Assembly (NCBI RefSeq): GCF_044704955.1
Contig: NC_091982.1
Location: 254,138,001 to 254,202,000 of the forward strand
DNA length: 64,000 bases
Origin: Pristiophorus japonicus
Lineage: Eukaryota
Reading direction: 5' to 3'
Shown here: piece by piece, positions 23,934 through 35,984 of the stretch
Numbering within the stretch: position 1 is the stretch's first letter
How the letters are laid out: every line of letters starts with the position of its first letter
Notes under the pieces: model-generated
Database searches by the model: none
The model's input: only the letters and a program-made list of their open reading frames with translations
What the model was told of the DNA's origin: nothing
Made by a program: the position numbers and the translations under genes

Positions 23934-24467
23934 TCAGGTGTAGTCCGTCCCCACGGAAAGCTCTCTCTTTCCCGAGTATTGGTGCCAGTGCCCTACGAAT
24001 CGAAACCCACTTCTCCCACACCAACCTCTGAGCCACGCATTCATCTCCCTGATTCTATTGACCCTATGCCAATTTGCTCGTGGCTCAGGTAACAATGCAG
24101 AGATTATTACCTTTGTGGTTCTGCTTTTCAATTTAGTCCCTAGCTGTTCAAACTCTCTCAGCAGAACCTCTTTCTTAGTCCTACCTATGTCATTGGTATC
24201 TATGTCATTGGTACCTATGTCATTGGTACCTACGTGTACCACGACAATTGGATCCTCCCCCTCCCACTCCAAGTTCTTCTCCAGCCCGGAAGAGATGTCC
24301 TTTACCCTGGCACTGGGTAGGCAACACAGCCTTCGGGACGCACACTCTTGGCTGCAGAGAACCCTATCTATCCCCCTAACTATACTGTCCCCCACCTGCT
24401 TCTTTACCCCCACCCACACTTGAATGGCTTTCTGCACCACAGTGCCTTGGTCAGTCTGCTCGTCCAC
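23934..24467 (-). pseudogene. CR1 ORF1 SGNH/GDSL esterase domain remnant
   Basis: VGDSIVRG (block I), CCLPSARVKDI, VVHVGTNDIG (block III, triplicated), ISALLP and NAWLRGWC..GFRFVGHW. Confidence 0.88.
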
Positions 24468-24512
24468 CCCGCAGTCTGCACACTTATCCTCCAGGGTTGC
24501 AAGAACCTCAAA

Positions 24513-25110
24513 TCTTCAGCCATTTTATTAGATCATAGCTAATCTGTACAACTCAATTTACTCGCCGATGCTCCATATCTGTTGATACCCTTACCTATCA
24601 AAAATGTATTAATCTCAATCTTGAAAATGTTTATTGTCCCAGCAATCGCAACCTTGTGGCCGAGAGAGTTGCAGCTTTCACTATCCTTTGCATTCCTGAT
24701 TTCACCCCTAAATGGACCAGCTCTAATTTAAAAATTAATGAGCCCTTGTTCTGGATTCTCCCCACTAGAGGAAATAGTTTTTTTGTATATACCCCACTGA
24801 ATCCCTTTATTATTTTAAACACCTCATTTATATCAGCCCTCAACCTTCTAAGCTCAAGGGAATACAAACCAAGTTTATGTGACCTGTCCCCATGACTCAA
24901 CCATTTAAGCCCTGGTATCATTCTGGTGAAGCTGAGCTGCAATCTCCTCCAAGGCCGATATACCTTTCCTGAGGTTCAGTGTGCAAAACGGAATACAGTG
25001 CTCCAGATGGGATCTGACCAAGACTCTGTACAACAGAAGCATCACTTCCTGACTTTTGTATTCCAACCTTGAGATGAAGACCAACATTGCATTAGCCTTT
25101 TGATTATTAA
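24513..25110 (-). mobile_element. Older CR1 3' fragment (its tail continues at 20185-20225)
   Basis: Translations LYRVLVRSHLEHC and LGLYSLELRRLRADINEVFKIIKG. Confidence 0.8.
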
Positions 25111-25666
25111 ATCCACTAAGTTCATCCCTTTGATTTATTTTTTAGGCTCCCCTGTATCGTTGGTATTTTGTCCTCTTCCTCCACAGTGAAAATGGATACA
25201 AAGGGCTGGATTTGGGGCTTTTTGGATTTCGGGACGTTAATCGTGGTGGGGCGTTAAAGTTAGCGCCCGAAAATAGTTTGCACCTTCGACTGCAAGCTTC
25301 GTCAAACATGTAAGTTGGAGGAGCGTTGGCGTTACGTCGGGCGTTACACAGCGGACTTGCGGCACTAAAGAAGTTCCATTGTTGTTTACTGCCCTGCAAC
25401 ATAACGTTGTATATTGTATGGTTTTATTTGGTTGGGGGGAGTTTTTGTGACTTTGTTGCAGTAAAATTTATGGCTCATCATTTGCCATTGGTGTTTTGTA
25501 CATCATTCCAACATTCACCGGAGATGTGCCTTTATGGGGACGCATAGTGTGTTGAGTATTAGCTCCATTCCTCAGTTTCCTCCATTTAGGAGAGCCATTA
25601 AGAGCTGGCGACATGCGACTCTTGGTCTGCCAGTATCTCCACACTGCCCCCCCATGGATGGGTTTG

Positions 25667-25845
25667 CTATCCAATGGGGGTCTCGCCAGGCTCCTCTTTG
25701 TTGTTTTTCTCCTCCAGAGGTGGGCCTGCGATCCCCGCTGGCAATGCCTGGCCCCTCATGATAGCCAAGCTGTGCAAGATGTAGCACACCACAATGAATT
25801 CGGAGACCTGTTGAGGGGAGTATTGAAGGCTGCCTCTAGAGTGCA
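25667..25845 (-). pseudogene. Harbinger (HARBI1-like) DDE transposase C-terminal remnant
   Basis: HSRGSLQYSPQQVSEFIVVCYILHSLAIMRG matches the HARBI1 motif LQYSP..V..IIVVCC.LHNLA. A Harbinger-like terminus GGGCTGGATTT lies at 25203. Confidence 0.8.
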
Positions 25846-26437
25846 CTTGCTCTTTTGCTGTTAGCTTTAATATCAAACTATAGAGATGTGGTAGCATAGG
25901 ACAGCATGAAGTGGGATGCTGGTACAAATCCCATACTCTATTGTGATCTGGGCCCTTGCAGGTGTGAGGAGATGCAAAGTAAAGGCCAGGCTAGCAGGAA
26001 AAATCAGGTTGAGACTCTCCATTTAGCTGTTCTCCTTTACTTTCTGTTGGCTGACTAAAAGTGACAATCACTAGCTACCCTGCTGCTTGGAATCAGATGA
26101 TGTGCAAGGGATGGAAAGCAGGCAGGACGGGGAGAGAATCAGTGGAAAAATAGATTGTGTACCTTCATAAGTAGGTAATAGATTTTTAAATAAAGTCCCA
26201 TTTGCCTTGAAACTAAATTATTTGCATATTGGTATACAATCAATGCAATTGTAGGAAATACTTTTGCTGCTTACTTCCAGGGCAATTGTGTTTAATATAA
26301 GGCTGTTGTAGCAGAGCTTGAGTTGCTTGCTTCATAAAGATTAGATTGTCTCTTTAATTTGAAGAAAATTGGTATATTGATTGAATTAGTACAACTGAGC
26401 TAAAATAATTGGTTTCTTTCATTGTGAAGATAACTTT

Positions 26438-27469
26438 AGAAACATAGAAACATAGAAAATAGATGTAGGAGTAGGCCATTCGGCCCTTCGAGCCTGCACC
26501 GCCATTCAATGAGTTCATGGCTGAACATGCAACTTCAGTACCCCATTCCTGCTTTCTCGCCATACCCCTTGATCCCCCTAGTAGTAAGGATTACATCTAA
26601 CTCCTTTTTGAATATATTTAGTGAATTGGCCTCAACAACTTCCTGTGGTAGAGAATTCTACAGGTTCACCACTCTCTGGGTGAAGAAGTTTCTCCTCATC
26701 TCGGTCCTAAATGGCTTACCCCTTATCCTTAGACTGTGACCCCTAGTTCTGGACTTCCCCAACATTGGGAACATTCTTCCTGCATCTAACCTGTCTCAAC
26801 CCATCAGAATTTTAAATGTTTCTATGAGATCCCCTCTCATTCTTCTGAACTCCAGTGAATACAAGCCCAATTGATCCAGTCTTTCTTGATATGTCAGTCC
26901 CACCATCCCGGGAATCAGTCTGGTGAACCTTCGCTGCACGCCCTCAATAGCAAGAATGTCCTTGCTCAAGTTAGGAGACCAAAACTGTACACAATACTCC
27001 AGGTGTGGCCTCACCAAGGCCCTGTACAACTGTAGTAACACCTCCCTGCCCCTGTATTCAAATCCTCTCGCTATGAAGGCCAACATGCCATTTGCTTTCT
27101 TAACCGCCTGCTGTACCTGCATGCCAACCTTCAATGACTGATGTACCATGACACCCAGGTCTCGTTGCACCTCCCCTTTTCCTAATCTGTCACCATTCAG
27201 ATAATAGTCTGTCTCTCTGTTTTTAACACCAAAGTGGATAACCTCTCATTTATCCACATTATACTTCATCTGCCATGCATTTGCCCACTCACCTAACCTA
27301 TCCAAGTCACTCTGCAGCCTCATAGCATCCTCCTCGCAGCTCACACTGCCACCCAACTTAGTGTCATCCGCAAATTTGGAGATACTACATTTAATCCCCT
27401 CGTCTAAATCATTAATGTACAATGTAAACAGCTGGGGCCCCAGCACAGAACCTTGCGGTACCTCACTAG
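26438..27469 (-). mobile_element. CR1 LINE, 5'-truncated, young subfamily
   Basis: [21 protein letters not shown] and the ORF2 C-terminus, with a (CATAGAAA)n tail on the plus strand. Confidence 0.95.
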
Positions 27470-28229
27470 ATGAGAGCCTGAGCATCGAATTAACTACAAG
27501 ATGACATGCCTGCCAATGTGAAGATTGGAGCCCTGTCAACTCTCCATGGTCATCTGATACTTGAGCCCGGGAGGTCTGCAGCACTGCAAGGCAGTGTTAG
27601 TGATGTAGCAACCAGCCTGGAAGGGGGTAGTCTAATCAATGGGGACTGGAATTTTACGATTCAGGTCCAGAGAACATTGTAAGCCAATAGCCTAATGGGT
27701 CTTAGCTGGGCAAGCAACAGGAAGCCTTGCAATTTTTTTGTTCTAGCACATGAATAACATTTCAAGGCCACAAATTTTCAACAACTGACTATGCAGAAAG
27801 GAGTTTTCAGTATGTTAGTGGCTCACTTGAAAATTAAACTAAAACACTTCAAATATTCTTAGGTTTCCGCCAAAAACAAGCAATGTGATATCATTCAGGG
27901 ACAGAAATTTATTGTGAGTCCCACGACAGAAGTTGGCTCTGAAATGCCTAGAAATTGCACTATTTGGGGTTAACTGTGGGTTACCAAATCTTTTTTTGGA
28001 AGAATTCACATTTGCTATTAACCCCCAATATTGTTGTTTGCAGAAGAATGTGCAGACATGAAACTTGCAGGCTGGACAAAGGGCCGCTGAAATCAGTTAG
28101 AGCAAGGCAGAGTGTGGATGATATAGTGCACTGTAAGCTCAAAGCTGCTGCAACAATATGCAGAGATATGTGCAGCAGGTGGGAATTGTGCAACATGCCA
28201 AACACCTGAACTGACTGCATTGCAACTGA

Positions 28230-28878
28230 ATATCGAGCACTGCGCTCAACGGACGGCCAATCTAATACCGCCCGTTTTGAACCACCGCCCAAGACGAATT
28301 ACTAGACTACTGTCCCCTTAACCAATGATATTTAAAGATTGAGAAATAAGCAGAGGAAGGACTGAGAAGGAGGGTGAATTAGAGTGCACGAATTCAATGT
28401 TAAGTTAGGTACAGAAGGAAAAATAAAGAGAGGGAAAGAAAGATTGCATTATGGAGAGAGAAAAGACAGACAGAAAGAAAAAGTAAGAATTTTGTTTTAA
28501 TTTTAAATTTTTTAAATCTCCTAAAATGATTCGCAGCCACATTCATAATTGTTTACTGGGCAAGAGAGGTTGAGTGGCAGTCATTGACAATTATCATGTC
28601 GTTAAAAGAGTACTTACGCTGTTAATTATCAGGCTTAAATTTCTATGGTGATTTTAATGAGCAATTTATGTGCAAATTCAGCAACTTCATGATAATCATG
28701 GGGTGGATAAGTGCAAGATGCCATTTTTGCAAAGCTAATTGCGGTGTGATGAAAATTGGCCAGCAACCTGTGACGATTTGCAATTCACGGGTTATCCCTT
28801 CCTCGCCACAAGTTGCTGGCCGATTAATCACGGCTTGCGTCGTTCAGGCGGCATTATTTTTCCAGCAAAATCTGGCCC
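28230..28878. mobile_element. Probable old non-autonomous DNA element
   Basis: The right end CAAAATCTGGCCC resembles Harbinger-type TIRs, and the subterminal sequence is CpG-rich. The left end is unclear. Confidence 0.35.
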
Positions 28879-29574
28879 AATGTTTTATACTGAAAGCAAT
28901 TTCTAGGCTAATAAATGGAAGACATTCATCGCAATACTCATTTTTCCTATCCAGATCAAACAATAAAATTATTTTTTTCTGGCAGCTAAGTATAGGAGGA
29001 GCCTTGTATACATAAATCAGAATTCATTTTGGAGCCCGTGAGTTTTTCTCGAACGAGGATTTTGATTGGTGTTTTTCTGTTCAACTTTCAATCTAGGTAC
29101 AATACCTTCAGTGACGCCAATTTTAAATTTATCTTTGCTCGTCCATGAAAAGTGGGGTCAACAAACCTTGTGGCAGGTGGCTTTCTGAGTGTTTTCACAA
29201 AACAAAAATGTGAACAAAACATGGGGGATACATCTATTAAACTGGTTAACATAAATCCAACGTGATATAGCTCGAAAATCTTCGTGTGCATAATGATCCT
29301 CCATATTACAGCTTGATAATTACCAGCAAGAGACAAAACAAACGTTAGTCTTTCTCAACAACTGTAGATTTGTTTCCTTCTTTCAACTGCCTGATGGAAT
29401 TTGCACAAATAGCTACTGAGGGAGCTTTACAAAAAACAAAATAGGGTGGTTGGTGCAAGTACTATATCTGCATGTACAAAGAGTCCTCAAAGTCCAGTTC
29501 TGTCACTTGGCACAGTGCAACTCCAGGAGAAAAATATTTCCAATGTGAATGTCACCTGTATTTTAATATTGACC

Positions 29575-31480
29575 CTGTTGAATATAGAGGAATTGCATAT
29601 GGTTACACAACGAGTAACCCATTCTCTACTGAATATATAAATCCACACATTTAAGCATGGTATAACTCTTAACCTACTAAATAAACAGGAACACCACAAA
29701 GTTATACAGTGAGTTCTCTTCAACTTGCTGAACAAATAGGAACTCCAAACCGCATACCCCTTACTCTGTTGAATTATCAAGCATTTTACACAGTTACACA
29801 TGGAGTAACATCCAAGCATTGAATATCGAGTAAATCTAATTGTTGAACATACAGCAACTCCCACACAATTACACACGGGATAACTCCCAGGTGGTTCTAT
29901 ATACAGTGACCTCTACACAATGACCATAGAGCAACTCCTGCACAGTGACACATCAAGTAATTCCCACCTGTTGAATATGGAGAAACAGTGAGCTCACATT
30001 TGGCCCACCCCTTTTTCCAGCGCACTAACCAGAGATGCGCCGACTTTGTGGGCTGAAAACGACGCCTAAAAAACCTCCCCTGATTCTGGCCGCTGTGTTG
30101 CCTCTCCCGGGGCTTGCCGCGGCGTGGCCAGTTGATTGGGGCGCGGAGCTAGGGCCCTGCGCTAGAAACAGTCCCGGCAGCTCTGCACTTGCGCGTTGGG
30201 AGTGTGCGCGCTGGCACAGCAGCTCCTGCCCCCAGCCTCCGTGTGAGTGCTGCAGTGTGGGATGTGTCCCGCCCCTATCCTGGGCCGAGTGGCCTGCTGC
30301 ACAGTACCGAGACTTTGATAGAGAAGCCTGCCTCTTCCAAAAGCACTTGGTTCTTTTGTTGGCTGCCTGCATTATTGCCATTATTGGGGGGGGAGAAAGA
30401 GTTTTGATCGGGTCGTGGGGGGGGGGGAAGAATTTTTATCGGGGGGGGGGAGGGGAGAGTTTTGATCCCGGGGGGTGGCGGGGGATGGGGTGATAACTGT
30501 GTAGCCAGTAATTTTAATAAGCTTACTCAAGTCTTTCCTTAACCCTGCTGATGAAAATATTTTCCTACATAAGAACATAAGAATTATGAGCAGGAGGTAC
30601 TTCTATTTTTTATTTGGATATTTTGAAAAAATTATGTAAATATGTTTTGTCTCTTTACTTCTTTTATTTTTGTAGTTTAAGCTTCCATGAATGCTTCTGT
30701 TGTATAGTAAATTAACTTTGCGAAGTTTGTCATATGATGTCCTGTATGATCCTACTCACATTCTTTAGTCAAGTCATTAAGTTCTGCTGGCCTCCGATGT
30801 ACCTACCTATGCTGATTTCTTAACTCTTCGCAAGGGTTTTCTGTGCGGCCACAAGTGGCCACGTACGCTGGCCTAAGTTAGTGTGGAGTAACTATTAGCT
30901 GTTACTGTTAGTGGCCTAAATGACCAAAACGGGCATAGATGGCTGGTAACGCCTCCTTTTGAAAAAAACTAAACTAAACTAAAAAAATCCTAACTAACTC
31001 ACTTACACTGGCGCAAATTGAATATGCAAAATGGAGGTTTTTAAGATACTCCAGAAAAATCAAGTTGCTCCAAAAAAAAAGGGGCAACTCCTGGGCAATT
31101 TTGAGCTCTTTAACACCAATTACACATGAAATAATTCCCACATAGTTCTATCGGTAATAGAGCCAACACATTGAATATGGAGTTAAAAAGTGAATTACTC
31201 CCACACATTAAGTACAGAGTAACTACTTCCTACATGTTGAACATAAAGTAATTCCCATACGTTGAAATAGTGTAACACCCACAGTTACGCATAGAGCAAC
31301 ACCCACATGTTGATAATCGCGTAACTTCCACACAGTTACACTTGGAGTAACTCACTCACATTGAATATATCTCCCACACAGTTACACTTGGAGTAACTCA
31401 CTCACATTGAATATATCTCCCACACAGTTACACTTGGAGTAACTCCCATATGTTGAATATAGAGTAACTCCCACACAGCT
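29575..31480. repeat. Degenerate minisatellite (~25/26-bp subunits, 46-51-bp higher-order unit), split by a MITE
   Basis: GTTACACWTGGAGTAACTCCCACA and GTTGAATATAGAGTAACTCCCACA recur. There is an exact 46-bp period at 31331/31377/31423. Confidence 0.8.
29990..31108. mobile_element. Harbinger-like MITE inserted in the minisatellite; contains a 30-bp CR1 tail (30567-30597)
   Basis: TIRs GAGCTCACATTTGGCCCA and (reverse complement) GAGCTCAAAATTGCCCA. Confidence 0.75.
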
Positions 31481-32349
31481 ACCGTATAAATGACAGGACC
31501 AGCACGTTAAGATGCAAAGTTCACAGTTGTCTACTGGAGCAATCCTGCTTACATATTACAGGTAAATGTTCTGATTTGACCTCCCAGCGGCAACCTCACA
31601 TGGGAAGTGCATATCAGAATTTCAGGAGCGCATTGAGCATGGCCATTTCATATTACCCTGTTAGATATAATAATGTTTGAATGGTAAGCATTAATCTCAG
31701 TTTCTAATATAGTCATGAATATCCTGTGTATAAATCTCTCCGCTATAACCACTGGGGATCAATTAATTCCTTTACAGCTTCATGCTGGGAGGTGGATATT
31801 ATAAACACTTTTCAGAAAAGTATAATTCTTCTTTACTTCTTCTTCTCTTCTGTCTCTAATGGTACATGGGGCAACCCATTTCTTCCACTGCTTTATATCC
31901 AGCAGATCGTGCTCTGGCTAGTTTCTGTTATGAAGTCCCTTTTTACGTGGACAAGTCATTAGACTCACGACTCTCTCCGGGAGAAACAAAAATACAAGTA
32001 GATACAGTTAAGTTTAATTCTATTTTAGATTCCTACAACTGGCAGCATGGTGAGATAACTTGGTGTTTCTTGACATCAATGTGTACAGTGCTAAGTGATT
32101 AATATTTATACAGTAACCACATCTATTATGGTATGAATTGTGTATGTTTCAGTGACAGGTCTTGCACATTCACTCCCAGGCAATCGTTCACTTGTACTCA
32201 AAACTACATGGGTCATGCATAAGACAAGTAGTTTGGGAGAGGCAGGTGATTTGCTATCACTCACATCTGCCTAGAAACTTCACTGCGTTAGGGAATTTTA
32301 TGCAAAATTATGGTGCTCAGGCAGTAAAGCTCATTTCATGTAGTTAAGT

Positions 32350-33092
32350 GTAAAAATTTGCCGGTTTATAATGGCAGGCTCCAATGAAACAGCCTTGAAA
32401 TGAGCCTTCTTTCAGATGAACGCCTCCGAGCGGAGAATTTTTCCAAAAGTACCTGGTGGTCCCGGAGGAGTGTGGAATTCTGTTGGGGAGGCCTTCTCTT
32501 TCCGCACTGTTAAGGGCACTCCCATCCTCCAGGTTCCCACGCAGAAGATGCAGTCATGTGTGACTGCTCAACCAATCAGGTAAAGTATTCTCAATTAATA
32601 GCAATAGGAACTCCGTATCTATGAGTTCTCATTGCTATTAATTGAGAAAAAAAAAACCCCAAGCACAATAACACCAAATAAAAAATAAAAAACACACCTC
32701 ACACAATTAAAATTTGTTGAAATCAAAGTTAATAAATATCTTAGAGAAAATGTTTTTTCTGAGTTTTTAAATAGTTTTTTAAATTATGGCTTAAAATAAA
32801 TTCAACATAGTGGGCAGGGTTTTAAAAAATAAAATATGTTTTTTAAATTTTATTTTTTATGTTTTAAGTGTGCCTCTAAAAGTAATCTATGCGCCTGCTT
32901 TTATCAGGTGCAAGAGTTTTGAGGACATTTGCTCAGCAAGATATGGGTAAATACTGCAATCTTGCCCATGCGAATGTCCTGGATGTAGAGATATGGAGGA
33001 TCCGCATTGTGCGCTGAAAACTGGCTTTTGGGGTGCCTTCCTGGGTCCGTACACACTCTGTACAGACCAGGGGAGGCTGGAATTTCTGGGCT
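32350..33092. mobile_element. Harbinger-like MITE, family with an AT-rich core
   Basis: Right end GGAATTTCTGGGC. Same layout as 36504-37216 and 46136-46740, in the opposite orientation. Confidence 0.6.
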
Positions 33093-33277
33093 ATTACTTG
33101 GCCTAGTTTCACATCTCCATTTCAACTCCTGCTGATGTGGGGTGTGCACCAGGAAATAGGATTCCCATTTGCTTACTCCCGATACTATGTGATTATGACT
33201 AGATAAACATTTATACAGCGGTACATTTCTGTATATGTTCAAGCTGGCAATACCTTAATATCTGGTACTGTATGATT

Positions 33278-33672
33278 CATCATCATAGGCAGTCCCTCGA
33301 AGCGAGGATGACTTGCTCCCATGCCAAAAAGGAATGAGTTCACAGGTGTTTCAATGAAGGACCTAATATTTCAGATCCTGAACTACATCTTGGAGGGTGT
33401 GCTTGGATTTTTTTTAACGTGTGGTGGCCGTTGCACACCAGCCGCTACACGGGCTTGACAGAGCTAGGTCTTGGTCCAGTGGCAAGGATTACCCAAGACG
33501 ACTGGAGACCAGCTCTGCTGCACGGACCCAGTGCACACACATATCGCAGTGTGGGCTGGCCCCTGCTGCCTTCGCCTCTTCTGGGCCTCAGACTCACGCC
33601 TCCCCTGGGCCTCGGTCACTTCCGTCTACAAACTCTAGCCGCTCCTTTGCCCCTCCTGCTGTGCCAGCCCGC
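33278..33672 (-). mobile_element. Non-autonomous RTE-derived element with (ATG)n tail
   Basis: The 3' end AGCAAGTCATCCTCGCTTCGAGGGACTGCCTATGATGATG is shared with 11355-11458. The upstream part is non-coding and GC-rich. Confidence 0.65.
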
Positions 33673-34477
33673 ATACATGTATACAGTGTCAAACTCCTGC
33701 ACGTGGGCCGTACACACTTTGTAAAAGCTGACAATGCACTTGCATCTACTATGTAGAATTAGCTTGCAGAGTTTAACTTCTGTATTCATACAGCATACCA
33801 GGTAAAAACTCACAATTGATTTACATTTAGTGCTGTCTGTATATGAACTGTAAATAGAATAAGCATCAGTTCATGTGGATGCCATTGCCATTTTATTTAT
33901 AGATTTGTGTGCTGCACTATTTTTGTGCCATTTTTATATTTTCAGTACAGATGTGGAAAACACAGATGCAGTAAAATAACATGCAATACTGTAATTGGAT
34001 AAAATAAGACTTTCTTTATTCATGAAAGGCAAACATGAACATTACTATGTAACATGCAATTAATCTTTCATGGGGGGAATATGGACTTTACTACAGCCAA
34101 TGATCTGTAGCCATCTGTAACAGATGGTTACAATTTACTCTAGGATTCCTGCTACATGACCTCATCACCAATCTGACAAAATCTATTATATGGCTGTTTT
34201 AAAGACATGGAGGGAAATGAGATTTTATATAGATTATAATATAAAGGTGTCTACTTGCACTGGAAAAATCCACTTTTTGATCAATCTGGGCGGAGTAGGG
34301 GTGTTACCCTACAGACCTGTCAAGGTTGAAAAGCATTCACTTATTTCTCCACCTTCTATTCTTCCATGCTTTTATCCCTCTATTATTATTCTTTATTTAT
34401 CCTTCGCACTCTGATTTTACAAGATTTATTTCTTCCTCTGCCTTCTTGCTGCATCTTTGATTCTCTGGTTCTTTTTA

Positions 34478-35267
34478 AAAATGCTTTCACTGGATGTGGG
34501 TGTCGGTGGCAAGGCCGGCATTTATTGCCCATCCCTAATTGCCCCTTGAGAAGGTGGTGGTGAGCCGCCTTCTTGAACCGCTGCAGTCCATGTGGTGAAG
34601 GTGCTCCCACAGTGCTGTTAGGGAGGGAGATCCAGGATTTTGACCCAGCGACGATGAAAGAACAGCGATATATTTCCAAGCCAGGATGGTGTGTGACTTG
34701 GAGGGGAACATGTAGGTGATGGTGTTCCCAGGTGCCTTCTACTCTTGTCCTTCTAGGTGGTAGAGGTCGTGGGTTTGGGAGGTGCTGCCGAAGAAGCCTT
34801 GGCGAGTTGCTGCAGTGCATCTTGTAGATGGTACACACCGCAGCCACGGTGCGCCGGTGGTGGAGGGAGTGAATGTTGAAGGTGGTGGATGGGGTGCCAA
34901 TTAAGCGGGCTGCTTTGTCCTGGATAGTGTCGAGCTCTTTGAGTGTTGTTGGAGCTGCACTCATCCAGGCAAGTGGAGAGTATTCCCATCACACTCCTGA
35001 CTTGTGCCTTGTAGATGGTGGAAAGGCTTTGGGGAGTCAGGAGGTGAGACACTCGCCACAGAATACCCAGCCTCTGACCCGCTCTTGTTGCCATGGTATT
35101 TATGTGACTGGTCCAGTTTAAGTTTCTGGTCAATGGTGACCCCCAGGATGTTGACAGTGGGGGATTCGGCGATGGTTTTGCCGTTGAATGTCAAGGGGTG
35201 GTGGTTAGACTCTCGCTCGTTGGAGATATTCATTGTGTGGAGCGAATCTTACTTGCCACTTATCAGC
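34478..35267 (-). mobile_element. Jockey-group LINE 3' portion (same family as 18345-19800)
   Basis: Translations LDTIQDKAARLIG and LHHRRTVAAVCTIYKMHC; shares the 3' end GGGCAATTAGGGATGGGCAATAAATG. Confidence 0.9.
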
Positions 35268-35451
35268 TAAGGTTAGCTCCTTGTCTATGCCAAAAAGTAT
35301 AATCTAATCCTTTTAGAATCATTTCCTTTTGTTTTTTTAGTGAATAGATCATGTGGGAGAGTTGATTAAAATTTTCTAAATATGAACTACTGACAAATGC
35401 CTAAAAACATTTCCAGAACTGTTCTCTGTGCAGTTGCTTTATTTAATGCTA

Positions 35452-35810
35452 CAGGTTGGAGCTCTGTGGTCCGGCACCCTTGGGACCTGACCGGTGCCGA
35501 AGCAGAGAATTTTCCGAACCAAGGGAGGTTAGTATATGACTGTATCGATACACCCTACTTAAACATACTTCTAGCCTAGGCTTACCAGTACCTGTAGAGT
35601 GCTGTTCACCGCTCTCCCCGTTTAGGGGTAAATTAGAGCTAAATAATAGCACAGAACACTGAGAACCAGGACTGCCGGCTGGACGTAAACAAACTTTGCG
35701 GAGGCGTGGGTAACCGGGCCCCACCCATGCAAAGCGTCAGTTCGGCAAACCAATGCCGAACCACAGATGTTTCTGGACCAGAGAGTCCCGGACCAGAGAG
35801 ATTCAACCTC
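35452..35810. mobile_element. Tigger/pogo-like MITE related to 4907-5214
   Basis: Ends CAGGTTGGAGCTCTGTGGTCCGG ... CCGGACCAGAGAGATTCAACCTC, with TA on both flanks. Confidence 0.78.
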
Positions 35811-35984
35811 TATAAGATCGTCCGCATTGTACTCTTGATCAATAGTGAAGACTGTTTCAAGACTCACATATGTTAATGACACTGACATGTGAATATTGTC
35901 TTTCAGCGTGAGCCTCCATCTCTAGGTTCCAGGTAGTTTCTTTTTGGAAGAGGGGGAGAGGGAAGTGAGTTAAATATACAAGTC

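Larger units (their letters stand above)
20226..24512 (-). mobile_element. Long CR1 LINE (part of ORF1 through the 3' tail), inserted in an older CR1 tail
   Basis: Contains the ORF1 esterase, the endonuclease (VGVVYRPPNS, IVGDFN), RT ([20 protein letters not shown]) and the tail. TCTT flanks at 20222-20225 and 24513-24516; the host CR1 tail resumes on both sides. Confidence 0.93.

Noticed and set aside
31320-31480. CRISPR-like repeats with internal dyad symmetry
   Set aside because: The intervening sequences are themselves repeated (no unique spacers), there are no cas genes, and the context is eukaryotic; this is a minisatellite.
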